DNA of 64,000 bases. Source: Coniocarpon cinnabarinum (taxonomy: Eukaryota). A program made the position numbers and the translations under genes. The stretch spans positions 62,001 through 126,000 of the forward strand of contig JAVECO010000049.1 of NCBI GenBank assembly GCA_051942205.1, in the 5' to 3' direction. Positions 12,410 to 23,042 of this stretch are shown piece by piece. The notes beneath the pieces are model-generated. The model saw only the letters and a program-made list of their open reading frames with translations. It had not been told where the DNA came from and searched no databases. Each line of letters opens with the position of its first letter. Positions within the stretch are counted from its first letter, which is position 1.

Positions 12410-12992
12410 CTATGCAATGTTGCTGGCACACAGGCGCCAGGTAAAGTCAAAACCAGTGGGTATCTGCTGTGTCTGGCCAACGCCGGAGCAAGCCGGATTC
12501 ACGCCGTTGGCGCCACATCGAATGGCCGGGTGTCCGCCATTGGTGATGACCTCGTAGCCCTGACCGAGCAATGGGTTACCGAAGTTGGTGTTGAGGTCAT
12601 CTGTACGAGTCCATCGGTCAGCAGCTGAAGCCATGACAAACAAGGAAAGGAGCGTGTCAATACTTACAGAAGATCAAGTTGGAGTTGTCGCCATTGTTGG
12701 GTCCGACCTGGTGATAGTCGAACAGGATAGGGTGAGCGAGGTCTCCCTGCACGTCGACGCGGATGGCGTTGTTGACGATGTTTGGGTCTGGGCCACGGAG
12801 AGTCTCATGGTAGGCGTTGACGGTGTTGGCAGGGAGCTGTCGAGTGGGAATGGGTGGGTTGTGGGCTGTGGGGCTATCGGAGTTGCTGTTCAGCCAGACG
12901 GGGAAGGGGCAGAGGTTGTCGACGTAGACAGTGCCGGCGGAGGCGAGAGTGGCAACAAGGCTCATCAGAGCGGCGGTGGTTGAGGCGTGCAT
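12410..12992 (-). CDS. Small secreted protein, Bys1 / thaumatin-like appearance; intron 12601-12667
   Basis: Signal peptide, VYVDNLCPFPVWL start, spliced IFYDLNTNFGNP and terminal WRLC resemble Bys1-type proteins; GTAAGT...GCTGAC...CAG intron. Confidence 0.7.
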
Positions 12993-14272
12993 TGTGATGG
13001 ATGGATGGGTGTGTGTGGGTTTGTTATGATGATCAAGGATTATTATTAAAGTATGTGTGTTGGTCGTAAAATGCTCGTGATGGTTGTATTAATGTGGTAA
13101 TGCTGTTGTGTGATGATGAAGGATGGAAGAGATGATTGAGAGCGGACAAGCAGCTCTTATTTATGCCTGCTCATTGCTTACATGTCTTTGATGTCCTTGC
13201 AGCCAGCGAATTGCTCAGATCCTGGTCGGGACTACAACACAGGCAAGGGCTGTGTACCTTGCTGGTTCTTTGAAAATAGCAGCTCTCCACATCGCTGGAC
13301 ATGGGAAATGGAGTGGCACCATCGGCTCACCGTAAGCCGCGTTTTGGTGATCAGCCACTCCATCTCCGACGTGAGCACATGGACAGCACTAGGGACTGCA
13401 TGGAGAGTCGACTGACTGCGGTTCACGCGCCATGTAGGCTAGGCGGTCAGCGACTGCTTCGGCTTAGCGGGTCCCGCGAGGCACAAACAATGGGACGTCA
13501 TATGCGCAGACCAACACTCAAGCACCACGGCAGGTTGCGCTATTTTGCTATTCATTACCTAAGGAAGGGCGCACCATTGAACAAAACCACAGACGTCGGA
13601 CCGCGACGGTGTGGATGGTGGCGCTATATTTGGCTGCTGGTGGCCTTGGCAGCCATTAGAGGATTGGGGGCCGCGCCCGCAAACGCCTAGCGAGTATTTC
13701 GTCCGTGGTTTCAATGGGGGCTTTGTTGACTTCAATTCCTTCGCTGAACAATTCGCTCAAAGGCAATTTCTCACCGGTGATACAACACGAGCGCCTTGCA
13801 TCCATCAAAGCATGCCTGGAGCTACGAGGCACCTCCGCCTGCTGGAGTACAGCATAAACGTTCCTGTCAGAGGTAAAGGGGACGCTTGGCACCCGTAATT
13901 GCTCGCCTTGAACCCAAAACTGCGAGGCTAGTGCATCTAAGACCTAGTCGGCCGCTCCCGTGGCTTGAGCTCTGCACGCGGAATCACAGTCATGCACCGC
14001 CCCACTGGTGCAAGCCCTTTCATCGTGCGGGGTCCTGTCAGTACGCTGAGACGTCTGAAAGTGTTCTTTGCTGATGTCTCACACATTGAGCATTGCCCGC
14101 AAGTCTGTTCCGCGTGAGACACTGGGGGGGTTGAGTCTGGCCCGATGGTCCCATTGCGCCCTAGAGTCCAGTGGCATTGCTCTGCTTCGGTCTTGCAACG
14201 CAGACATCCCGATCCCAGCTGAACCGACCGATCGGCAACCCCCATGCTCTTGTGCAAACAATCACATACAGT

Positions 14273-15685
14273 TCATGTTGTTTGCATAAAACGCTTGGCA
14301 GTCCATTGAGAACCATGCTCTAGGTATTCGCCACGGCTGATCAGATGACTTTTCAATGCATCGTGATCCTGTGCGAGCCTCATGCCACCTGACCATGTAA
14401 AGGTGACTGGATCGGCAGGCTTCCGTACCCGCACAGGACATTCGCTCGGTGCAACACTTCGTAAATCTGACTCGAATCTCTCGACAAAGCCCGGCATCCT
14501 GCAAGTGCCTCCAATAACCAGGACATGAGTGAGCAGGGCCGGCCACAAAGCGGCGGGCAGGCAGCGCAAGCTCTGTACGACGGTCTCGGCTAAGCCAGCC
14601 TGACTCATGCCAATGTCTGAAGGTGCAAAAACGATCTCGGGGACCACAAATCGTTCATTGCCCAATGTGCATGCGTCTTCTGCAGCTCCTTGTTCTCCAA
14701 GCGAGGTTTTGGCTGCCAAGCGGGCCGTTACTGACTTGGGCTCATGCTGGCGAACACGACCTCTGAAGGTCGAATGGTAGTTTGGAAGAACGTAGTCGCT
14801 GACGACTGGTTGGCCCATTGTCAGCAAAGGTCGGCTCATATCTGTGCCCTTCCCGAGTCTGTGGCACTGCTCAAGATCAGATCCGAAGTCTTGGCTCACA
14901 AAGCAGGTATCCTCTTTGATTTCGTTGACCAGGTGCGTGTCGTCCATGAGGTTGAATTGGCGAAGGGAGATGAGTTCCTTCAAGCGGTTGGTGAGCACAC
15001 GACCGCCAACATCGAGGCGGCGAATCGCATGCTGCACCGGACGTCCATATATCAGAGGGGTGATGGTGGTGTGCGAGTAGCCTGAATCGATTACTAGCAT
15101 TCCTTCTGGCGATTGCGTACTGGCGTTGCCAAAAACGGAGGATAGGTCGTTGTAGTAGTTCAGAGTTGGACCTGTCACTTGTCAAAGATCGATCCTACAT
15201 ACGTCACGAAGAGGACAACGAGCTTACTACGGACCAATGCACCGGTAGGCTGAATCAAATTCGAGCTCTTCAAAGATGATCTGATCCGTGTTGGCCTGGA
15301 GAGCTTGTGGGCAATTTGGAGCTTCGGTCAAGATGAGGCTGGTGTCATGAGGCTCACATTGAAGCTGTGCGCCTTGATTGAACAATGATTGCCTCCAAAT
15401 GTCCATCTCACTATCCCAGTTGACAATGTAGCCCTTTTCGACAGGCCGACGAAAGGACATTTCTGCAAAATCCTTGCAAGTCTTCAATTGCTCTCCAACG
15501 TAGACCTTGGTGCCTCGCGGTCCGTCTGACCCGCGCGCAATGCAGTTCGGGATAACTGAGGCCTCTCCATCTGCGTGTTCCTTCGCAGCGAAACCGGCCT
15601 TAATCTCATACGCTCCATTGTCGATGACAAGAGAAGTTGAGGCCGATGGCGAATCTGCCAGTTTTCGCTTTGCCGGCTTGGGCAT
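14273..15685 (-). CDS. ARP6: Actin-related protein Arp6 (SWR1 complex); intron 15172-15234
   Basis: LVIDNGAYEIKAG, FRRPVEKGYIVNW, LVIDSGYSHTTITP, LGNERFVVPEIVFAPSDIG, ISRGEYLEHGS. A GTCCGT donor restores the frame (CIG|PTL). Confidence 0.92.
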
Positions 15686-15807
15686 CTGGATCGATGTCGA
15701 CTTTTGATCCCCTATCAGGATACCCAAGGTTCGTTTGCAGGCCATCAACCTTTGCAATATTCAAGGATTCATCGCGCGAAGGGCAGCTATTGGGCCCAAA
15801 GGAAAAG

Positions 15808-15815
15808 GTCACGTG
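15808..15815. promoter_or_regulatory. GTCACGTG bHLH (Cbf1-type) E-box in the divergent ARP6/TRF4 promoter
   Basis: Exact RTCACGTG match in a 333-bp bidirectional intergenic region; function inferred only. Confidence 0.35.
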
Positions 15816-16018
15816 CATATTGCAGCCTGGCACGCTTAGGTAAGAATGCACGGATCATTGCGCCAAATCCAAAAGCGGTAGAGCGACTATGACGTTTCGA
15901 AAATTATTCTACCCAGACTTCTTGCACCTCTGCGCACGCCATCAAGGCCCTGTACTCTACGTGCAGTAATTTCTGTTCAGAGATAGCATGAGCATCAGAG
16001 TCACTGTCAAAGTCGATC

Positions 16019-18161
16019 ATGGCGGTGGAAAAAGCTCAGTCTGGGAAGGAACAGGGTGGTAGGGGGTTACCTCCCCCAAGCGACTTCTCGTTCCGTGCCA
16101 CTCTTCCTAGTCAACCCTCGTTTCCAGCCTCAAACCAGCCGTCATCATCCAGGCCCTCTTCTGATGCTCGTCAGGGAGGCCGTAGATCTAACTCACGTGG
16201 AAGGCAACGCTTTTTCATGTCAACCAGGAAACCAACTTCCCAACGTGCGCTTCTCTCTCGCGGGCGTGCAACTACACCTGAGCAACTGGAAGGCATGGGA
16301 TCATCTTCTTCAAAACGTCAGGCCTTGGATTCAGTCGAGCGTCACGAGGATGACATGATCTCCCTTGGCAGTACGGATTCGAACGGCGAGAGTAAATTGG
16401 ACAAGCTCTTCAGGAAGTCAACAAAAGCGAACCCTAATGTGGCTGAGCAAAGTAAAGAAACGAAGTGGTCGAATCCGGACCCCTATTCCGCCCTGCCTCC
16501 AACTTTGAATGCCAATGGTCCCAGGACGGATTTCGTGCGATTTATCCGTGAGAGTCGCGGTTCCGCCGAGGAAAAATCCGATTCGAGAGGAGAAGGTAAT
16601 GACTACATCGACCTCTCATCTTCGCGTCGCGGCAGTAATCATTCAGATCGTGGGCAGCAACGTGCTGTGAAAGGTCCATCGGCACGAACGCCACGTCATG
16701 CGGCGCACCATGACAGTGATGATGATAACTCGAATCATCTCTCATACACTTTGCACAATTCGAAGCTGCAACCACCCACCCCTTGGTGGCGTCGATATCG
16801 ACCCCAGGAGAATCGTTCCAGTTGTTGGGCTCCTGCAACCATTACATATGCCTCTGAAAAGCGCAAGCGCGCTCAACGACAACAAGGATCAGACCGCAGC
16901 AACAAGCGAAAACATGACGAAATTTCTAAACGGGATCCGTACCATTCGACCTCCCACCCGAATGCTCAGGATGTGTACCTTCTCGCAGAGTGGACCCGTG
17001 CTGCGCATCGCCCGTGGCTAGAATTCATTCCTCTCCTTCCATCTAACATCAAGGCAATGGCGCAAATGCACATTGAATGCACGGAGTTCTTCTACAGCTA
17101 TCTCCAACCACGGGGATATGAGAACAGGATGCGACAGCAAGTGATCGACAACCTCCAGCGATTTTTTGATGCGCATTTCCCGGGGTGTATGGTTCGTTCA
17201 TTTGGATCCTTTGCGGCTGGACTCTACCTACCAACCGCAGACATGGATGTTGTCATTATCACCCAAGACTTTGTGAAAAACAACCGTCAGGTCTTTGGGG
17301 ATGGGAGAGGCCAAGTTAGGTTTGGGTCTGTCAACAAGAAGCTTGTCAAAAGCGATCTCCACAGTGGCAGGGTTACCCCCCTGCTCCATGCCAGAGTACC
17401 CCTAATCAAGTATGTCGACCAGGCCACCCATTTACGCGTGGACCTTTCCTTCGAAAATTTTAGCGGCCTGGTCACAAATGACCGCTACAATTTATGGCTT
17501 CAGCGATACGAAGGGCTCGCGCCACTTGTTGTCATGATCAAACTGTATTTGAACATGCGCGACTTCGACGATCCGTCTCAGGGTGGCATTGGCGGGTAAG
17601 TGGCAACTTGAGCGTGTCAAGGACTCAGACTGACACATGATTTAGGTTTACGGTCACTTGTCTTGTCGTCTTCCTCTTGCATCACTGGGCGGAGCTCACA
17701 ACTGCAGACTTCAAGCCTGGTGGTAACCTCGGCTTTGCTCTCTACAAGTTCTTTGATTTTTATGGTAACCGTCAAACGTTCGATGTGCACAAGGATGAAA
17801 TCAATATGCGCAGCATGGAAAAAAAGGAAAAGGTGCGTTGAACCCCAAGGCAATTGATAATTCGTACTGATCTAGGCAGCAACAACGCTCGCCGGCGCTT
17901 GTCATTAGAGATCCCGATGACCCTTCCAACAACATTGCAAGGGCGTCAAAGAACGCGCCGTACATTTTGAGCGCATTCAACGACGCCTTCAAAAGGCTTA
18001 ACAACCGTATGGATGAAATCGAGAGAACGCGACGGGATGATGAAATGCGTCTCAGCATTCTCGACGTCCTGTACACAGGCGATTACGAGCCTTTCAACAA
18101 ACAACGATTTTTTTTGTTGGATCTTGATGACGACACCGCGAATCTTACGGCGCGCTACTGA
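16019..18161 (+). CDS. TRF4: Non-canonical poly(A) polymerase Trf4/Trf5/Cid14 (TRAMP); introns 17596-17645, 17833-17879
   Basis: WSNPDPYSALPP, nucleotidyltransferase motif FGSFAAGLYLPTADMD, ARVPLIKYVD, VDLSFEN, spliced GGIGGFTVTCLV and LVIRDPDDPSNNIA. Confidence 0.9.
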
Positions 18162-19141
18162 TCTGGACTCCGCACCAAGGATGAGGCGAGACCATTGTTC
18201 GCAACGCTATACTCGGCGAATTGTCCAATTTCGTTACGACTTGTTCCCGTTATTCGACCTCGCTGACCGTTGGCAAATGACTTCCATTAGCGTTTTCTCG
18301 TAACGACGGATCACATGAGGCGTCACGGGCAGCCTTCTGTGCCCACTTGCATTGCCTAAGGGTCTCCGCGTCGAGTCCCAATTAACTGCTTCAGAAGCAT
18401 AGCAGCAACGATTCTGTACCAGTACTACCCAGTTCTTCTGGCATCGCTCAACTTGGAGCACAATTTAAAATGATTTTCGAGACGCACTGCTCACTGTGTT
18501 TAGGCGCCCATTTACCGATATTTACGCCTAACTTTCACCTCTAAGACGTCGCCAATAGCATCAATGGAACCCACAAGGCAAATGCTCCGCCTTGTAGTCT
18601 CGTGAACATTACCGCAATGTTCCAACAATAAGTTTTGTCAAAAGTGGGCTGACTTATACCTAGAAAGCGGATTGCGACGGATACTTACTAACAAAGATTC
18701 GTTTCAACACGCAATGTGAAAAGCAACGACAGTGACGTATCCAGCTACGTCAGCGGCAAGCTTTGAGCCTCTTGATCGAATGGAGGACGCAGTAGTTGCT
18801 GGCGCAGATGCGCTCTGCTTTTGCAGCTCTAGCGACCTTTTTTATCTTCGCTGCTTGGCCTACGGTCGTGTTACGAGGATGAAATCCTGGTGGTGTATTT
18901 AATGAGCATTAGAAGATGAAGACGTAGTCGACCGCGAAATTAGAAGGTCTCGAGTTGTAAACGCATTTGCAGGTACAGGAGAACGCAATGAGAAACCGTT
19001 GAGGATCAGTTGAGTTTTTGACCCAATTGCACCAAGCTAAATAAGCCTTGCTGAATGCTTCTCCTGCATATTGGCTGATTGATCGTACAAATCCGCATCT
19101 CTCATAGTTTCATACGGCGGCCTCACACCTAACTCGCCTGC

Positions 19142-19444
19142 TTACTTCTTGCTAGTGAAGTCCGTCTCACCCGGCATCTCCTCGGACTTGCAAGTGCAGA
19201 AGCCTGAATGCTATTAATTTCGGAAACGAATGATGGTGCGAGCAGGCAGCAAGAACGTACCCTGTTGACGTTTGCCACAATTACACGTGTCGCCGACAAC
19301 GTTGTTTTCGGAAACAGCTAAGCTGCAGTCGCATTGCAGCGCCGGCTGCTTGCCGCAGGAACAGCGAGCCTCTTCGGCGCAGGCACAGACGCCATCGCCG
19401 TTGCGACCGCAGCAGGTCGACGGGATGGTGGTTGTAGAGGCCAT
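19142..19444 (-). CDS. Crd2/CrdA-type metallothionein-like protein, 81 aa, 12 Cys; intron 19204-19260
   Basis: TCCGR plus five CxC pairs; spliced C-terminus GFCTCKSEEMPGETDFTSKK with the ETDFT ending typical of this fungal family. Confidence 0.82.
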
Positions 19445-19690
19445 TGGGTTTGTAGTTATGATGGAATGGTGGTGAAAACGCGGTGAATGATTTGACTGGC
19501 TTTGCTGTAGCTTGGCTGGTATTTAGTTAGAGAGGGAAGAGAAGAAGAAAAATGATAATCCTAAAAGTTGCCACGCTTTGTATTCGTTCGCCAAAGCATA
19601 AAGTTGCTTTGCTTACTTTAAGCGCACGCTGATTGGCGCAGAAAGAGCGCTAGAATCTGAGCACATGACTCGTATCGGAGCCTTCTGGCG

Positions 19691-19725
19691 ACGCGTCGGC
19701 TTTGACATGTGATCGACCGACGCGT
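19691..19725. promoter_or_regulatory. Two MCB elements (ACGCGT at 19691 and 19720) upstream of the gamma-tubulin complex gene
   Basis: Both lie in a CGACGCGTC context 60-100 bp upstream of the ATG and are followed by a (TGAA)5 microsatellite. Confidence 0.45.
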
Positions 19726-19787
19726 CCACGTGAATGAATGAATGAATGAATGCCTGATGCTAGTTGCCGGGCTTCCCAAAGAGCAAA

Positions 19788-22709
19788 ATGCAGGGCAACT
19801 TGTTCGACGCAAGTCAGCAACAGTTGCATGATGCTTTTGCAAGGCCAGACTTCGTCCAAGCTCAGCAGAAGCCTCCAACAGATCCGAGGCCACTTGACAC
19901 CCTTTTTAGCAGCGATCCAGAGTTTCAACTCCAAGACATAGGAGATATACAGCTACCAGATATCTCGCCGAGTCGAGCGAATGAAGGTCCCAAGCTACTG
20001 GGCTTTGATCAATGGCTCGACTTGACCCTCCCACCTCTCGAGCATCTCCACCTCGAGTCAGATTATGAGGGTTCTGAGCAAAGCACTGCAGAACTCGACT
20101 TGAAGCCTTTGCCGGCTACGCCAGCGCCAGAGACAGGATATGAAGACGCATGGCATTTACCTGAAGTGGTTGAGGATCTAGCCCCTAGACCGCAATTGCT
20201 GACATGGGAGAAGTTCTTGGGAGCTGCGAGTAGCGATGATTTCACACCGACGTTTCTCAGCGAAGCAGGGGCAGCCGCTTTCGATGCGGCGCTGCTTCTC
20301 CGTGCGCGCCACAAGAGGCATGCTGATGCCGGTAACGCGGTCAAGAGTGATGTCCTGATGCGATGTCTCTGGCAGTTGGGGCTCGGCAGAGAATCAGTGC
20401 TGTTTTCGTTCGACGTCGAAACGGGAGAGTTGGTGGTGGCTCTCGATTCTCTAAGGGCTTCCGGATACAGCATTGACTCGTCACAAGAGCTCATTGGAGA
20501 CTTCGCGGTACTTGGCAAGCGCGTGCAAAAGCTTGAACGATTTGCCCATGCTGGAATTGACCCAACACTGCTGCCAGCTCGGATCGGGTTGGCAAGTGCA
20601 GTGGGAGAGGTTCTTACTGCCTTCGAGCCACGTCTGATAGGCGTCGGTGGAACCCTAATTACTTTCTTGCAATTGCAGGCGGCGTTTGAGCCATTGCAGT
20701 CGCTTACAGCCATGCTGGCTGATTTGGAACGTCAGACCTCAGAATGCACGACAGAGGTCGAAGTGCTAAACATAGCGTTCAGGCATCTTCACATTCTTGA
20801 AGATAGCGATGATGGTCTGCTTGGCGTTACGCAAGAGATCTTCAAGCGAATGGCGCAGCCTTGTTTGAGAAGGCTGGAAACATACACAGGATTGACGCCT
20901 GCAAAATGTGTCACGTACGAAACGGATATCAACTTTGAATATCCCGCCTTCATCTCACATTCAGCAAACGAGCTTATCGAGGAGTCTCATAAGTGCCTTG
21001 AGTTTCTAAGCGAGCAAGAGTCCAATAACGGATCAGGTTTGGGCACTGTACTGCAGAACGATGCATCAGTGAACTTGGAGATAGACTTCTCGTGGCATGG
21101 CGTGCAACAAGTGCAACGGAAGGCAGAAGAATACCAAGCAAGCCTTCTCGATGCGCTGCATCAGGTCCGCAGATCCAAACACTCAGCTGCGGCTATGCTG
21201 CGCACGTCTCAGGACATTACTAAAGACATCTCATCGTTCTCTGACCAGCGAGAAGATGGACTGGAACCTGAATCGTGCCTCCTCACAGACATCGCCACCT
21301 TCAATTCTCTCAAACCTCCAACCCACACTCAGATACCCTCCGGCCTCGAATCAGCTCTGTGCACCTACATCAACAAATCCCCTGACGATAGCAGTCATCA
21401 AACCCACAATCACCCACCAAACTATCTCCCCATCTCCCAAACCCTCTCCCTCAGCCTCCTCCCACCAATTAAGATCCACCACCAATTCCTAACCCACCTC
21501 ACCCTGACATCAATCCTCCACTCCCCCTCTCAACCCGCTAATAACCTCCTCACCCACTTGCACCTCCATCACGCCTTCTCCCTCTTTTCCTCCGGCCTCT
21601 TCACAGCCCGTCTCTCGACGGTCCTCTTCTCCACTGATGTCGAAAGCGCCGAGCGTAGCAAGAGTCGTGTACGTACGGGAGGCAGTACAGGTATGGGCTT
21701 GAAACTGGGGAGTAATCAGAGAGATGTGTGGCCCCCCGCGAGCTCGGAAGTGCAACTTGCACTCCGTGGAGTCCTGGGCGTCTCATGGGAGGACGAAGTC
21801 GCGGCCTCAAGAACCTATCGCCACGCTTCTTCAAAATCCAACACTGACGCATCTGCACACGCGTATGATCGTTTCGAGCATGAGAAGATGGCAAGAGACG
21901 CAAGAGGCGAAGTCACTATGCCCGGCAATCTCTCCTTCTCCATCCGACACGACCTCCCACCTGAGATAATCGAACCAATCCTCAACCCCAACTCGCTTCA
22001 CGCCCTCGACTTTTTGCGTTTAATGTATTCTCCGCCTTCAAATCTGAAATTGATCTTCACGAATCGTGCGTTAGAGCTGTATGATCGGATTTTCGCGTTT
22101 TGGCTACGGATGCTGAGGGTGGTGGATGCGCTCAAGAAGTTGAGCTTTTTCCAACGACGGCGCGGATTAGAACGTGGACTAGGTCGGAGAGATGCGGATT
22201 TCGTTGTGAGAATGGGACAAGAGGGGAGGGGGATCGAGGTAGTTGTGGGACTGATGCGGATGAATCTCGAGGGACGGTGGACGCGGTTGCTCTCTCGCGT
22301 GCAAGACATGACGGCTGCATTCGAGGAGAGTGCATCCATGAAAGATGGATTAGGAAGTGGGACGTCGAACACGAGTCTGAATCGACTCGTTCAATTGCAC
22401 GAGCAAACACTTCAAGAAATCTGTACGACGTGTCTTCTTCGCAGACGCCAGGTGAAGCTCAAGAGAGCGTGGGAAGAGCTCTGTCAAGGACTCTTGGATT
22501 TTGTCAGGGCGGTTGAAATGACGATGGCGGGCGAGTCACCGGATGGTGTTGAAAAGACCGGGAACAGCTTCGTGGAGAAGAAAGCGGGATTTGTGACAGC
22601 GCTGGAGACGTACGTAAAGGAAAGGGAAGACGCGGGAGATGCTTCATTAAGTGAACTATGGGAGGCTATCGAGAGCAGCGTGCCATCCAGAGATGGAGCA
22701 AGAGAATGA
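19788..22709 (+). CDS. Gamma-tubulin complex component, Spc97/Spc98 family, probably GCP6-like
   Basis: Intronless ORF of about 970 aa; LGLGRESVLF, WPPASSEVQLAL, PGNLSFSIR, ALDFLRLMYSPP, YDRIFAFWLRMLRV recall the fungal GCP C-terminal domain. First ATG taken as start. Confidence 0.8.
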   Translation: MQGNLFDASQQQLHDAFARPDFVQAQQKPPTDPRPLDTLFSSDPEFQLQDIGDIQLPDISPSRANEGPKLLGFDQWLDLTLPPLEHLHLESDYEGSEQSTAELDLKPLPATPAPETGYEDAWHLPEVVEDLAPRPQLLTWEKFLGAASSDDFTPTFLSEAGAAAFDAALLLRARHKRHADAGNAVKSDVLMRCLWQLGLGRESVLFSFDVETGELVVALDSLRASGYSIDSSQELIGDFAVLGKRVQKLERFAHAGIDPTLLPARIGLASAVGEVLTAFEPRLIGVGGTLITFLQLQAAFEPLQSLTAMLADLERQTSECTTEVEVLNIAFRHLHILEDSDDGLLGVTQEIFKRMAQPCLRRLETYTGLTPAKCVTYETDINFEYPAFISHSANELIEESHKCLEFLSEQESNNGSGLGTVLQNDASVNLEIDFSWHGVQQVQRKAEEYQASLLDALHQVRRSKHSAAAMLRTSQDITKDISSFSDQREDGLEPESCLLTDIATFNSLKPPTHTQIPSGLESALCTYINKSPDDSSHQTHNHPPNYLPISQTLSLSLLPPIKIHHQFLTHLTLTSILHSPSQPANNLLTHLHLHHAFSLFSSGLFTARLSTVLFSTDVESAERSKSRVRTGGSTGMGLKLGSNQRDVWPPASSEVQLALRGVLGVSWEDEVAASRTYRHASSKSNTDASAHAYDRFEHEKMARDARGEVTMPGNLSFSIRHDLPPEIIEPILNPNSLHALDFLRLMYSPPSNLKLIFTNRALELYDRIFAFWLRMLRVVDALKKLSFFQRRRGLERGLGRRDADFVVRMGQEGRGIEVVVGLMRMNLEGRWTRLLSRVQDMTAAFEESASMKDGLGSGTSNTSLNRLVQLHEQTLQEICTTCLLRRRQVKLKRAWEELCQGLLDFVRAVEMTMAGESPDGVEKTGNSFVEKKAGFVTALETYVKEREDAGDASLSELWEAIESSVPSRDGARE

Positions 22710-23042
22710 AGCACAACGTCGTGCTCATGCTCTAGCACGATGAATCTATTCACGACTTCACGACTCTGATGAGGGTCTAGAGAAGAAAGAAGGGTTGCAA
22801 GGCCTGATCCATTCTTGGATTCACTATACACAATCACCAGCCATACACATTAAAAAAGAAAACCCGTTTCATGCCATTCTGTCCAGATGCCTTTTGGTCC
22901 TCCCGTCGATGCCGGCAAAAAACGCCCAGATCCATGACATGTCTCATACAACTAAGTTCTAGAAAGATCCTCTCCCTGCTAACTTCGCGTGCCTTGCATA
23001 TCTATCCACTTCGCTATTTCAAGGCCCATTGTTGGTAGTCTA

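Noticed and set aside
18681..18693. ATACTTAC resembling the 5' end of U1 snRNA
   Set aside because: Continues TAAC rather than CTGG, and no U1 stem-loops follow.
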